A DNA stretch of 64,000 nucleotides, from the NCBI GenBank assembly GCA_038087875.1, contig CM075979.1:45446001-45510000 (forward strand), given 5' to 3'. The translations under genes and the position numbers were made by a program. Under the pieces are notes generated by a model. That model worked only from the letters and a program-made list of their open reading frames with translations. It was not told the origin of the DNA and did not search any database. Below, in pieces: positions 49,201 through 58,802 of the stretch. The first letter of the stretch is position 1. Each line of letters starts with the position of its first letter. The stretch comes from Malacoraja senta (lineage: Eukaryota).

Positions 49201-52200
49201 GAGATGCAAACCTGACCCACCGAGTTACTCCAGCACTTTGTGCCCATGTTTATGTAAACCAGCATCTACGGTTCATTGTGTTTTCCACCACCTGCTTCAT
49301 CCATCATTGAATGGCAGTGAATACTGATGGGCTGAATGGCCTAATTCTGCTCCAAGAACGTACGAACTTCAGGTCAATTCTGCATCCTATACTAATCCAA
49401 TTCTCTATTCCCCTTCATATACTTATACAAACTCGTTGCATTCTCCTTAATCTTCTCAGCCAAAGTGATCTCATGCCTTCTCTTCGTCGTTCCAATTTCC
49501 TTCTGAAGTAACTCCGACATCCCGATGCTCCTCCAGGGATTCACGTGATCCCAGCTCTTCTTCTTGGCCCATGCCTCTTTTTCTCCAGCCAGAACCACAA
49601 TATCTCTTGTATTCCAGGCTTCCCCAGTCCATGCCGACCAGTGATCCCCATACATAGCACCATCCCACACATCAGGGACAAAGCCAATTGACCAACAAAC
49701 CTGTATGTCTATGGAGTGCGGGAGCAAACCGGAGCAACCGGAGAAAACCCACGCAGTCACGGGGAGAACGTACAAACTCCATACAGACAGCGTCCATAGT
49801 CAGAATCGATCCCGGGTCACTGGGACTGTAAGGCAACAACTCATCCACTGCTCCAATGTGCCATTCCTAATTTGCTTTTGGTAAAATTGTAAATAGTCAT
49901 TAATGTGTAGGATAGTGTTAGTGTACAGTGTGATCACTGGTCGGCGCGGACTCGGTGGGCCGAAGGGCTGTGTCTCTAAAGTCAAAAGACAAATGAGGTT
50001 CATAATGAAGAAGTGTTGAAGGTATTTTATGCAGGAGTGAGATACAGATCCTTCGGCAGATGAAGCCTTCACTGTGGGGAATAATAATAAAGTTCCTTGA
50101 GGTGTGATCCATCTTCTCACATACCTTGTCTCTGGTTATGTTGCCATTATCACATTTGAGAGACTTTATTTTATTTAAATGCAGTGCCCAAGTCAGATGC
50201 TGCCATGGGGAGTTGTGTTGAAGGTGAACAACAGACAGAGAGGCAGGATACCCAAAATGCAGGAGCAAGTGAAGGTAAGGCATTTCTCAAAGCATCCAGA
50301 GTATCGTTGCCCTTTCAGTGACATTTGATGTCCAACCATTGTCTCCAGACTGTACATGATTCATATTTAGTTAATTCCTGCTAATATTATATACAATATT
50401 CAGGTCAATGCTCAAATATGTGGAATTTTATGTTTGGGACTATATGCATTCAAGTTCAGTTGTTGTCACCGTGCTGTGTTTTAATACAGCGCCGGATTCA
50501 GATGTCGCTACAAGAATTCTTGATGAAGGTAAAATGGAAAAAGAGAATCTGGGAAATCAAAGTGCAGGAAAACAGGAAGGTAATGCTTTTGCTGAAATAT
50601 TGAATATAAAATAGTACAGCACAGGAACAGGCCCTTCTGCCCACAATATCTGTGCTAAACATGATGCCAAGACCTTCAATTCACTGCCTGCACATAACCC
50701 ATATCCCTCCATTCCCAGCATAACCTGCCCAGCACATAGTCATAGTCACAGAGTATTAGATAGAGTGTGGAAACAGGTCCTTCGGCTCAACTTGCCCACA
50801 CGGCCAACATGTCCCAGCTACACTAGTCGCACCTGCCAGCGCTTGGTCCATATCCCCCCAAACCTGTCCTATCCATGTACCTGTCTTACTGTTTCTCAAA
50901 TGATGGGACAGTCAAAACCTCAACTACCTCCTCTGATGGCTTGTTCCACACACCCACCACCCTTTGTGTGAAAAAGTTTCCCCTCCGATTCCTCTTAAAT
51001 CTTTTCCCCTTCACCTTGAACCTATGTCCTCTGGTCCTCGATTCCCCTACTCTGGGCAAGAGACTGTGTGCATCTACCTATTCCTCTCATGAGGCTGGGA
51101 ATAGAGTCCCAGCCTACTCAACCTCTCCCTATAGCTCACACCCTCTAGTCCCAGCAACATGCTCATAAAGCTTTTCTGAACCCTTTCAAGCTTGACAATA
51201 TCTTTCCTATAACATGGTGCCCAGAACTGAACACGGGATTATTATGACGATTTAATTCAATTTATAAATCTTTCTATTCTTCAATTCTACAGCTGCGCAA
51301 ATACTTAGCAGAGAAAATAATTTTCAAATGTTTTAAATTTTCAAGCATGTTGCTGTGAACATGATTTAAAACGTGTGAGCAGGCAGATGGAAACATTATT
51401 TCTTGTTATACAGCCAAGTTCAGATATCAAGCATGCTCTTTCAATATTTGGAATGGTGTCCATCCTTGCCAAGAGAAGTAAAGAATTATTTTGTAGACAC
51501 AAGAGACTACAGATGTTCGAATGTTGAGCAAAAAGTAAAGTGCTGGAGCAACTCAGCGGGTCAGGCAACATCTGTAGTGGGAATAGACCAATGACGTTTC
51601 AGATCAGGACCCATCTTCAGACTCAAGTCTGAAACGTCGTCTGTCCCTTCCCTCCATAGATCCTCCCTCTGAGCTCCTCCACCACTTTGCTTTCTGCTGA
51701 AGAATTATTTTTCATAATGGACTTAACATTACCAACAAACTGTAACTTCTGTCCAGGAATTGGAACAGGAAGGACCATTATGTTCAGCACAGACATTGTG
51801 GACTGAAGGACCTGTTTCCACCATGCATCATTTTATGACTCTATGACCCTACATAGATCAGTACAGTACAAGAACAGGCCCTTCAGTCCACAATGTCCGT
51901 GCTGAACATGATGCCAAGACCGGCTCTTATCTATAATCCATCTCCCTCCATTCCCTGCATATCCACGTGCCTGTCAAAAAGTCTCTTAAACACCACTATC
52001 ATATCCGCCTCCACCACCACCCCTGGCAGTGCGTTCCAGGCACTCAACACCCTCTGAGCAAAAAACGTTGCCATGCACATCTGCTTTAAACTTTACCCCT
52101 CTCACCCTAAACCGATGCCCTCTAATATTTGACATTTTCATCCTGGGGTAAAATGTTCTGACTGTCTACCCTGTCTATGCCTCTCATCATTTTATATACT

Positions 52201-55200
52201 TCCATCAGATCTCCCCTCAACCTCTGGCGTTCCAGAGAAAGATATATTGTCCAGAAAGCTGGAATTGATCTGTGTATTTTTATACTTTTTAAACTGGCAC
52301 CTGGTCAGCTTGTTTCCTGGCTAATTGTCTTGTTTATGTTGTTCAGGACAGGTAAATACAACGGACGATGAAGACCCAAACCGTACACCACTTATCGCCA
52401 AGACGGGCTCACAAACTGATTATGGTAATTACATATATCGAATACAAGATTCCCATTCTTCCCATGACACTTTGAACACACACAATTAGATGAAGTTTTA
52501 AACCAAGTTTAGAAACATTAGCACAAAACCACAGGTGCTGTCTGTATGGAGTTTGCACGTTCTCTCTGTGGCTGTGCGGGTTTTCTCCATGTTCATAGGT
52601 TATAGGTGCATAACTTGGCCATTCATAATCAAAGAGTCATACAGTGATACAACTTGGAAACAGGCCCTTCAGCCCACCTTACCCACACCGGCCAACATGT
52701 GCCAGCTACATTAGTCCCACCAACCTGCGTTTGACCCATATTCCTCCAAATCTGTCCAATCCATGTATCTGTCTAACTGTTTCTTAAACAATGGGATAGT
52801 CCCAGCATCATCCTCGTAAATCTTCTCTGTACCCTCGCCAGCTTGACGACATCTTTCCTATAATATGGTGCCCAGAACTGAACACAATACTCTAAATGCA
52901 GCCGCTCCAACGTCTTATACAACTGCAACATGACCTCCCAACTTCTATACTCAATTCTTTGACTGATGAAGGCCAGTCTGTCAAATGCCTTTTTGACCAA
53001 ACGTTCTACCTGCGACTCCACCTTCAAGGAACCAAGAGAAACAGTAACAGGCCCAGCACCGAACCCTGAGGCACACCAGTAGCCACAGGCCTCCAGTCTG
53101 AGGAACAACCTTCCACCATCAACTTCTGCTTCATTCCTTGAAGCCAATTTACAGCTATCTCTCCTTGGATCCCATACGATCTAACCTTCCAGAGCAGCCT
53201 ACCATGTGGTACCTTGTTCAATGCTTTGTTGAAGTTCATATATACAACAACTGCAACTCTGCCCTCATCGACCTTTTTGGTCACGTCTTCAAAAGACTCA
53301 ATCAGATTTGTGAGGCACGACCTCCCACGTACAAAACCAGAGTGATGTATTTAACTAAATAACAGTTGTATGTAACTTTTGCAGCAGCAACATGCAGATC
53401 TTTGGTCAGTTTAAGGCTTCTCTTTTGAGCTCTTAAAATGTTGGTGGGAAACTACAAAGATCGAGTCCTATGATCCAGCTTCTCGGAATGTGTTGGGATA
53501 CCTTATCTCATGCAGTGTTGGCATCATTACATGTGAGACTTCTACTTGTGTTTTAATACAGCTTCGGATTCAGATGTCATCACAGGAAGTCGCGATGAGG
53601 GTGAAAGGCAAGCAATGAATCTGGAAAATCAATGTGCAGGAAAATGGGAAGGTAATGCTTTTACTGAAACATCAAGTCAACTTTATTTGTTACATACACA
53701 TACAAGATGTCCAGTGAAATGAGAGTGGCAATGCTTGTGGGATTGTGCAAAACAACAGAAAAGAACAGAACAGATCCAGTATTTACATTTAAAAAAGTAG
53801 ATGCAACAGCATTTACGCCCTGGTGAGACCAGAGTTTACAGACCTAATGGCCTGTGGGAAGAAACTCTGTCTCATCCTCTCTGTTTTCGCAGTGTGACAG
53901 CGGAGGCGCTTGCCTGACCGCAGCTGGAACAGTCCGTTGCTGGGGTGGTAGGGGTCCTTCATGATCCTGCTAGCTCTGGATCTGCACCTCCTGGTGTATA
54001 GGTCCTGAAGGAGGGGGGGGGGTGTAGTTCCCGTGGTGCGTTCGGCAGAACACACTACTCTGTCTGCAGACTGTACATGATTCATATTTAGTTAATCCCT
54101 GCAAATATTATATACAATATTCAGGTCAATGCTCAAATATGTGGAATTTTATGTTTGGGACTACATGCATTCAAGTTCAGTTGTTGTCACCGTGCTGTGT
54201 TTTAATACAGCGCCGGATTCAGATGTCGCAACAAGAATTCTTGATGAAGGTAAAATGGAAAAAGAGAATCTGGGAAATCAAAGTGCAGGAAAACAGGAAG
54301 GTAATGCTTTTGCTGAAATATTGAACATAAAACAGTACAGCACAGGAACAGGCCCTTCTGCCCACAATATCTGTGCTAAACATGATGCCAAGACCATCAA
54401 TTCACTGCCTGCACATAACCCATATCCCTCCATTCCCAGCATATCCGTGTGTCTAGCCAAAAGCCTCTTAAACGCCACTATCGTATCAGCCTCGACCACT
54501 ACCTGGCAGCGTGTTCCAGTCACCCACCACCCACCACCCACTGTGTCTAAAACCTGCCCAGCACATAGTCATAGTCACAGAGTATTAGATACAGTGTGGA
54601 AACAGGTCCTTCGGCTCAACTTGCCCACACGGCCAACATGTCCCAGCTACACTAGTCGCACCTGCCAGCGCTTGGTCCATATCCCCCCAAACCTGACCTA
54701 TCCATGTACCTGTCTTACTGTTTCTCAAATGATGGGACAGTCAAAACCTCAACTACCTCCTCTGATGGCTTGTTCCACACACCCACCACCCTTTGTGTGA
54801 AAAAGTTTCCCCTCCGATTCCTCTTAAATCTTTTCCCCTTCACCTTGAACCTATGTCCTCTGGTCCTCGATTCCCCTACTCTGGGCAAGAGACTGTGTGC
54901 ATCTACCTATTCCTCTCATGAGGCTGGGAATAGAGTCCCAGCCTACTCAACCTCTCCCTATAGCTCACACCCTCTAGTCCCAGCAACATGCTCATAAAGC
55001 TTTTCTGAACCCTTTCAAGCTTGACAATATCTTTCCTATAACATGGTGCCCAGAACTGAACATGGGATTATTATGACGATTTAATTCAATTTATAAATCT
55101 TTCTATTCTTCAATTCTACAGCTGCGCAAATACTTAGCAGAGAAAATAATTTTCAAATGTTTTTAATTTTCAAGCATGTTGCTGTGAACATAATTTAAAA

Positions 55201-58200
55201 CGTGTGAGCAGGCAGATGGAAACATTATTTCTTGTTATACAGCCAAGTTCAGATATCAAGCATGCTCTTTCAATATTTGGAATGGTGTCCATCCTTGCCA
55301 AGAGAAGTAAAGAATTATTTTGTGGACACAAGAGACTACAGATGTTGGAATGTTGAGCAAGAAGTAAAGTGCTGGAGCAACTCAGCGGGCCAGGCAACAT
55401 CTGTAGTGGGAATAGACCAATGACGTTTCAGATCAGGACCCATCTTCAGACTCAAGTCTGAAACGTTGACTGTCCCTTCCCTCCATAGATCCTCCCTCTG
55501 AGCTCCTCCACCACTTTGCTTTCTGTTGAAGAATTATTTTTCATAATGGACTTAACATTACCAACAAACTGTAACTTCTGTCCAGGAATTGGAACAGGAA
55601 GGACCATTATGTTCAGCACAGACATTGTGGACTGAAGGACCTGTTTCCACAATGCATCATTTTATGACTCTATGACTCTACATAGATCAGTACAGTACAA
55701 GAACATGCCCTTCATTCCCCAATGTCCGTGCTAGACATGATGCCAAGACCGGCTCTTATCTATAATCCATCTCCCTCCATTCCCTGCATATCCACGTGCC
55801 TGTCACAAAGTCTCTTAAATGCCACTATCATATCCGCCTCCACCACCACCCCTGGCAGTGCGTCCCAGGCACTCAACACCCTCTGTGTAAAAAATGTTGC
55901 CATGCACATCTTCTTTAAACTTTACCCCTCTCACCCTAAACCGATGCCCTCTAATATTTGACATTTTCATCCTGGGGTAAAATGTTCTGACTGTCTACCC
56001 TGTCTATGCCTCTCATCATTTTATATACTTCCATCAGATCTCCCCTCAACCTCTGGCGTTCCAGAGAAAGATATATTGCCCAGAAAGCTGGAATGGATCT
56101 GTGTATTTTAATACTTTTTAAACTGGCACCTGGTCAGCTTGTTTCCTGGCTAATTGTCTTGTTTATGTTGTTCAGGACAGGTAAATACAACGGACGATGA
56201 AGACCCAAACCGTACACCACTTATCGCCAAGACGGGCTCACAAACTGATTATGGTAATTACATATATCGAATACAAGATTCCTATTCTTCCCACGACACT
56301 TTGAACACACACAATTAGATGAAGTTTTAAACCAAGTTTAGAAACATTAGCACAAAACCACAGGTGCTGTCTGTATGGAGTTTGCACGTTCTCTCTATGG
56401 CTGTGCGGGTTTTCTCCATGTTCATAGGTTATAGGTGCATAACTTGGCCATTTATAATCAAAGAGTCATACAGTGATACAACTTGGAAACAGGCCCTTCA
56501 GCCCACCTTACCCACACCGGTCAACATGTCCCAGCTACATTAGGCCCACCAACCTGCGTTTGACCCATATTCCTCCAAATCTGTCCAATCCATGTATCTG
56601 TCTAACTGTTTCTTAAACATTGGGATAGTCCCAGCATCATCCTCATACATCTTCTCTGTACCCTCGCCAGCTTGACGACATCTTTCCTATAATATGGTGC
56701 CCAGAACTGAACACAATACTCTAAATGCAGCCGCACCAACGTCTTATATAACTGCAACATGACCTCCCAACTTCTATACTCAATTCTTTGACTGATGAAG
56801 GCCAGTCTGTCAAATGCCTTTTTGACCAAACTTTCTACCTGCGACTCCACCTTCAAGGAACCAAGAGAAACAGTAACAGGCCCAGCACCGAACCCTGAGG
56901 CACACCAGTAGCCACAGGCCTCCAGTCTGAGGAACAACCTTCCACCATCAACTTCTGCTTCATTCCTTGAAGCCAATTTACAGCTATCTCTCCTTGGATC
57001 CCATACAATCTAACCTTCCAGAGCAGCCTACCATGTGGTACCTTGTTCAATGCTTTGTTGAAGTTCATATATACAACAACTGCAACTCTGCCCTCATTGA
57101 CCTTTTTGGTCACGTCTTCATAGATACATAGATACATAGAAAATAGGTGCAGGAGTAGGCCATTCGGCCCTTCGAGCCTGCACCGCCATTCAATATGATC
57201 ATGGCTGATCATCCAACTCAGTATCCCGTACCTGCCTTCTCTCCATACCCCCTGATCCCCTTAGCCACAAGGGCCACATCTAACTCCCTCTTAAATATAG
57301 CCAATGAACTGGCCTCAACTACCCTCTGTGGCAGAGAGTTCCAGAGATTCACCACTCTCTGTGTGAAAAAGTTTTCCTCATCTCGGTCTTAAAGGATTTC
57401 CCCCTTATCCTTAAGCTGTGACCCCTTCTCTGCACTCCCTCTATGGCTATAATGTCCTTCCTCAGATTTGGAGACCAAAACTGTACGCAATACTCCAGGT
57501 GTGGTCTCACCAAGACCCTGTACAACTGCAGTAGAACCTCCCTGCTCCTATACTCAAATCCTCTTGCTATGAAGGCCAACATACCATTCGCTTTCTTCAC
57601 TGCCTGCTGCACCTGCATGCCTACTTTCAATGACTGGTGTATCATGACACCCAGGTCTCGCTGCATCTCCCCATTTCCTAATCGGCCACCATTTAGATAA
57701 TAGTCTGCCTTCCCGTTTTTGCCACCAAAGTGGATAACCTCACATTTATCCACATTATACTGCATCTGCCAAACATTTGCCCACTCACCCAGCCTATCCA
57801 AGTCACCTTGCAGTCTCCTAGCATCCTCCTCACAGCTAACACTGCCCCCCAGCTTAGTGTCATCCGCAAACTTTGAGATGTTGCTTTCAATTCCCTCGTC
57901 CAGATCATTAATATAAATTGTAAATAGCTGGGGTCCCAGCACTGAGCCTTGCGGTACCCAATTAGTCACTGCCTGCCATTGTGAAAAGGACCCGTTTACT
58001 CCTACTCTTTACTTCCTGTTTGCCAGCCAGTTCTCTATCCACATCAATACTGAACCCCCGATACCGTGTGATTTAAGTTTGTATCCTAATCTCTTATGTG
58101 GTACCTTGTCGAAAGCCTTCTGAAAGTCCAGATACAACACATCCACTGATTCTCCCCTATCCACTCTACTAGTTACATCCTCGAAAAATTCTATAAGGTT

Positions 58201-58781
58201 CGTCAGACACGATTTACCTTTCGTAAATCCATGCTGACTTTGTCCAATGATTTCACCACTCTCCAAATGTGCTGCTATCCCATCTTTAATAACTGACTCT
58301 AGCAGTTTCCCCACTACCGATGTTAGACTAACTGGTCTGGAATTCCCCGTTCTCTCTCTCCCTCCCTTCTTAAAAAGTGGGGTTACGTTTGCTACCCTCC
58401 AATCCTCTTCAATACCCTTCAAAAGACTCAATCAGATTTGTGAGGCACGACCTCCCACGTACAAAACCAGAGTGATGTATTTAACTAAATAACAGTTGTA
58501 TGTAACTTTTGCAGCAGCAACATGCAGATCTTTGGTCAGTTTAAGGCTTCTCTTTTGAGCTCTTAAAATGTTGGTGGGAAACTACAAAGATCGAGTCCTA
58601 TGATCCAGCTTCTCGGAATGTGTTGGGATACCTTATCTCATGCAGTGTTGGCATCATTACATGTGAGACTTCTACTTGTGTTTTAATACAGCGTCGGATT
58701 CAGATGTCATCATAGGAAGTCCCGATGAGGGTGAAAGGCAAGCAATGAATCTGGAAAATCAATGTGCAGGAAAATGGGAAG
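13210..58781 (+). CDS. NCR3LG1: B7-H6 / NCR3LG1-like type I membrane IgSF gene (leader-V-C1-TM-long modular cytoplasmic tail); 3' end not certain in window
   Basis: Join of 13210-13258, 18737-19069, 22679-22993, 25296-25397, 25634-25711, 30093-30515, 31626-31715, 31931-32020, 39968-40057, 50185-50274, 50490-50579, 52347-52424, 53562-53651, 54211-54300, 56176-56253, 58692-58781. All junctions are AG/GT and phase 1, with no stops (~725 codons if all are used). The symbol denotes family resemblance only; orthology was not tested. Confidence 0.8.
13365..13652 (-). mobile_element. tRNA-derived V-SINE-type element (similar copies at ~23930-24225 +, ~31060-31300 -, ~49680-49870 -)
   Basis: Conserved core (c)gtacggagtttgtacattctccctgtgactgcgtgggttttctcc on the - strand, with an (aaact)n-type tail. 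Confidence 0.7.
14692..15157 (-). mobile_element. Penelope-like 3' fragment
   Basis: Shares aatgttcat...ctgcccaagcg.aa.atgagg...cctccaa...ggaggaggcccaggacag with 6230-6600. Confidence 0.75.
16365..18032 (+). mobile_element. 5'-truncated CR1 LINE interrupted by a MITE, with (ctatgttt)n tail
   Basis: Frameshifted RT ORFs 16379-17337. The 3' end resumes at 17846. Tail at 17985-18032. Confidence 0.9.
17290..17842. mobile_element. PIF/Harbinger-type MITE inserted in CR1
   Basis: TIRs AGGGCCTGTCCCACGGG / CCCGTGGGACAGGGCCT and TSD TTA/TTG at the host site gagTTAgatag. Confidence 0.88.
18160..18640. repeat. Compound minisatellite (units such as gtgttcccagtccgtggcatgtgtttcc)
   Basis: Directly visible. 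It explains the spurious Cys/Thr-rich ORFs in all six frames. Confidence 0.93.
18737..19069 (+). CDS. NCR3LG1: Exon 2, IgV domain, B7-H6-like
   Basis: ttttttag| acceptor and G|GTAAG donor. Reads NDNATLKC...VRW...[33 protein letters not shown] with canonical C-W-C and DxGxYxC, and several N-glycosylation sequons. Confidence 0.95.
19140..20525 (+). mobile_element. CR1 fragment (ORF1 end, endonuclease part of ORF2), 3'-truncated
   Basis: ORFs 19498-20351: [22 protein letters not shown]. Confidence 0.85.
20900..21690 (-). mobile_element. Rex/L2-type LINE 3' fragment (host of the RTE insertion)
   Basis: - strand ...[45 protein letters not shown], which is paralogous to the C-terminus of the element at 26101. 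Confidence 0.6.
20990..21248 (+). mobile_element. RTE-clade LINE 3' end
   Basis: Manual translation ...[29 protein letters not shown] (RTE C-terminal zinc finger), followed by a short UTR and (CAA)n tail. Confidence 0.85.
22679..22993 (+). CDS. NCR3LG1: Exon 3, IgC1 domain
   Basis: aatgcag| acceptor and G|GTGAGT donor. Reads [17 protein letters not shown]...[12 protein letters not shown]...YRCVVRH (C1-set signature). Confidence 0.95.
25296..25397 (+). CDS. Exon 4, transmembrane [34 protein letters not shown]
   Basis: ttttaacag| acceptor and G|GTAAAC donor, phase 1-1. Hydrophobic helix with GxxxG followed by a basic stop-transfer KKKCK. Confidence 0.9.
25634..25711 (+). CDS. Cytoplasmic 78-nt exon T1, [26 protein letters not shown]
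   Basis: ttgttcag| acceptor and G|GTAATT donor. Open, phase 1-1, with conserved copies at 52347 and 56176. Confidence 0.8.
26013..26079 (+). pseudogene. Truncated pseudo-exon of the 90-nt family (acceptor deleted)
   Basis: Matches the 3' two-thirds of the exons at 53562 and 58692 including the donor, but is fused upstream to SINE sequence at AGTCCC. Confidence 0.85.
26101..28785 (-). mobile_element. Rex-Babar/L2-type LINE, 5'-truncated, decayed
   Basis: ORF 26497-27231 has [31 protein letters not shown] and [15 protein letters not shown]; endonuclease remnants run to ~28790. 8-bp TSD TGAAACAT at 26093-26100 and 28786-28793. Confidence 0.88.
30093..30515 (+). CDS. Cytoplasmic exon encoding a divergent Ig-like domain lacking the canonical cysteines (141 aa)
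   Basis: tctttcag| acceptor and G|GTAATA donor. 423 nt open, phase 1-1, unique sequence. [18 protein letters not shown] resembles [19 protein letters not shown] of the C1 exon. The Ig-fold call is by eye. Confidence 0.75.
31626..31715 (+). CDS. 90-nt cytoplasmic exon A1, [30 protein letters not shown]
   Basis: aaatgcag| acceptor and G|GTAAG donor; open, phase 1-1. Confidence 0.8.
31931..32020 (+). CDS. 90-nt cytoplasmic exon B1, [30 protein letters not shown]
   Basis: tttaatacag| acceptor and G|GTAATG donor; open, phase 1-1. Confidence 0.8.
33563..37442 (+). mobile_element. L1 (LINE-1) element, 5'-truncated, ORF2 with a single stop, inserted in the Gypsy RNase H
   Basis: ORFs 33538-34968 and 34984-37023 are in the same frame (EN: GGDFN, SDH; RT: [22 protein letters not shown]; C-terminal Cys motif). 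Poly(A) tail and 10-bp TSD AGAAAGGACA (33553-33562, 37443-37452). Confidence 0.95.
38004..38610 (+). mobile_element. Second L1 3' fragment (ORF2 end and pyrimidine-rich UTR)
   Basis: Sequence paralogous to the L1 ORF2 end at 36680-37020 ([12 protein letters not shown]...IIFG, then KFWK..IP..MWIS.M..T.HLEE). Confidence 0.75.
38611..38760 (+). repeat. Internal duplicate of the Gypsy 5' host flank plus partial LTR
   Basis: tgttcgacaggtacatggacaggtttggagggatat|TGTGACAATATCC... repeats 32598-32745. Confidence 0.9.
39968..40057 (+). CDS. 90-nt cytoplasmic exon B'', [30 protein letters not shown]
   Basis: tttaatacag| acceptor and G|GTAATG donor; open, phase 1-1. Confidence 0.8.
40729..41676 (+). 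CDS. CR1 ORF1 (zinc finger plus SGNH esterase), intact 315 aa
   Basis: CSAC...CRKC, GDSIVR, HIGTND and DGLHL motifs. Confidence 0.93.
   Translation: MSVEIGPVVCSACNIWEIRDMVGVPGDYVCRKCVQLQLLADRIERLELRLDSYWSIHDAEKVVNSTYSELVTPQVKGKRTEREQVANSQHSSRQVVQESPAVISLLNRYTILDTVGGDGSSGEGSSSQVHGTMGGSAAKEGRKKSGRAIVIGDSIVRGIDRRFCGHKRDSRMVCCLPGARVTDVTERLQNILEGEGEQPVVVVHIGTNDIGKKRVEVLQGEFRELGDKLKSRTSKVIISGLLPVPRASQSRNRRILQMNTWLEKWCKGEGFKFLGHWNQFWGRWDQYKQDGLHLGWNGTNVLGGVFASAVGEDLN
41676..44660 (+). pseudogene. CR1 ORF2 (APE endonuclease plus RT), one in-frame TAG at 43095-43097
   Basis: ORFs 41676-43097 and 43098-44660 are contiguous in frame. The paralogue near 47210 reads GSNEMEEL where this copy reads GLN*MEEL. 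Confidence 0.93.
45032..47622 (+). mobile_element. Composite retro-insertion: L1 ORF2 piece / CR1 ORF1 end / CR1 ORF2 5' half / L1-like 3' UTR with A-tail
   Basis: 10-bp TSD CTGTGCCCTC at 45022-45031 and 47623-47632 flanks all four segments. Confidence 0.8.
50185..50274 (+). CDS. 90-nt cytoplasmic exon A2, [30 protein letters not shown]
   Basis: aaatgcag| acceptor and G|GTAAG donor; open. Confidence 0.75.
50490..50579 (+). CDS. 90-nt cytoplasmic exon B2, [30 protein letters not shown]
   Basis: ttaatacag| acceptor and G|GTAATG donor; open. Confidence 0.75.
51293..51336 (+). CDS. Candidate terminal coding exon [14 protein letters not shown] (duplicate at 55122-55198 reads 11 codons further)
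   Basis: Good acceptor tctttctattcttcaattctacag| in a non-repetitive island, and phase-1 reading reaches a stop. There is no independent support. Confidence 0.3.
52347..52424 (+). CDS. 78-nt cytoplasmic exon T2, [26 protein letters not shown]
   Basis: gttcag| acceptor and G|GTAATT donor; open; paralogue of 25634. Confidence 0.7.
53562..53651 (+). CDS. 90-nt cytoplasmic exon B'2, [30 protein letters not shown]
   Basis: ttttaatacag| acceptor and G|GTAATG donor; open. Confidence 0.7.
53673..54060 (-). mobile_element. 3' end of the Rex/L2 LINE, cut by the tandem-duplication junction
   Basis: Same as 26101-26500 and 58803-59199. Confidence 0.88.
54211..54300 (+). CDS. 90-nt cytoplasmic exon B3, [30 protein letters not shown]
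   Basis: Splice sites intact; one synonymous difference from B2. Confidence 0.7.
56176..56253 (+). CDS. 78-nt cytoplasmic exon T3 (identical to T2)
   Basis: Splice sites intact; open. Confidence 0.7.
57121..58410 (-). mobile_element. Young 5'-truncated CR1 present only in duplication unit 2
   Basis: RT ORFs 57349-58431 and tail at 57121. The empty site gtcttca|aaagactc is seen at ~53290. One internal deletion at ~57424. Confidence 0.9.
58692..58781 (+). CDS. 90-nt cytoplasmic exon B'3, [30 protein letters not shown]
   Basis: Splice sites intact; open. Confidence 0.7.
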
Positions 58782-58802
58782 GTAATGCTTTTACTGAAAC
58801 AT

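Larger units (their letters stand above)
49175..50720. repeat. Segmental duplicate of 30630-32150 (A+B exon module)
   Basis: Shared intron sequence, SINEs and both exons; boundaries approximate. Confidence 0.9.
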
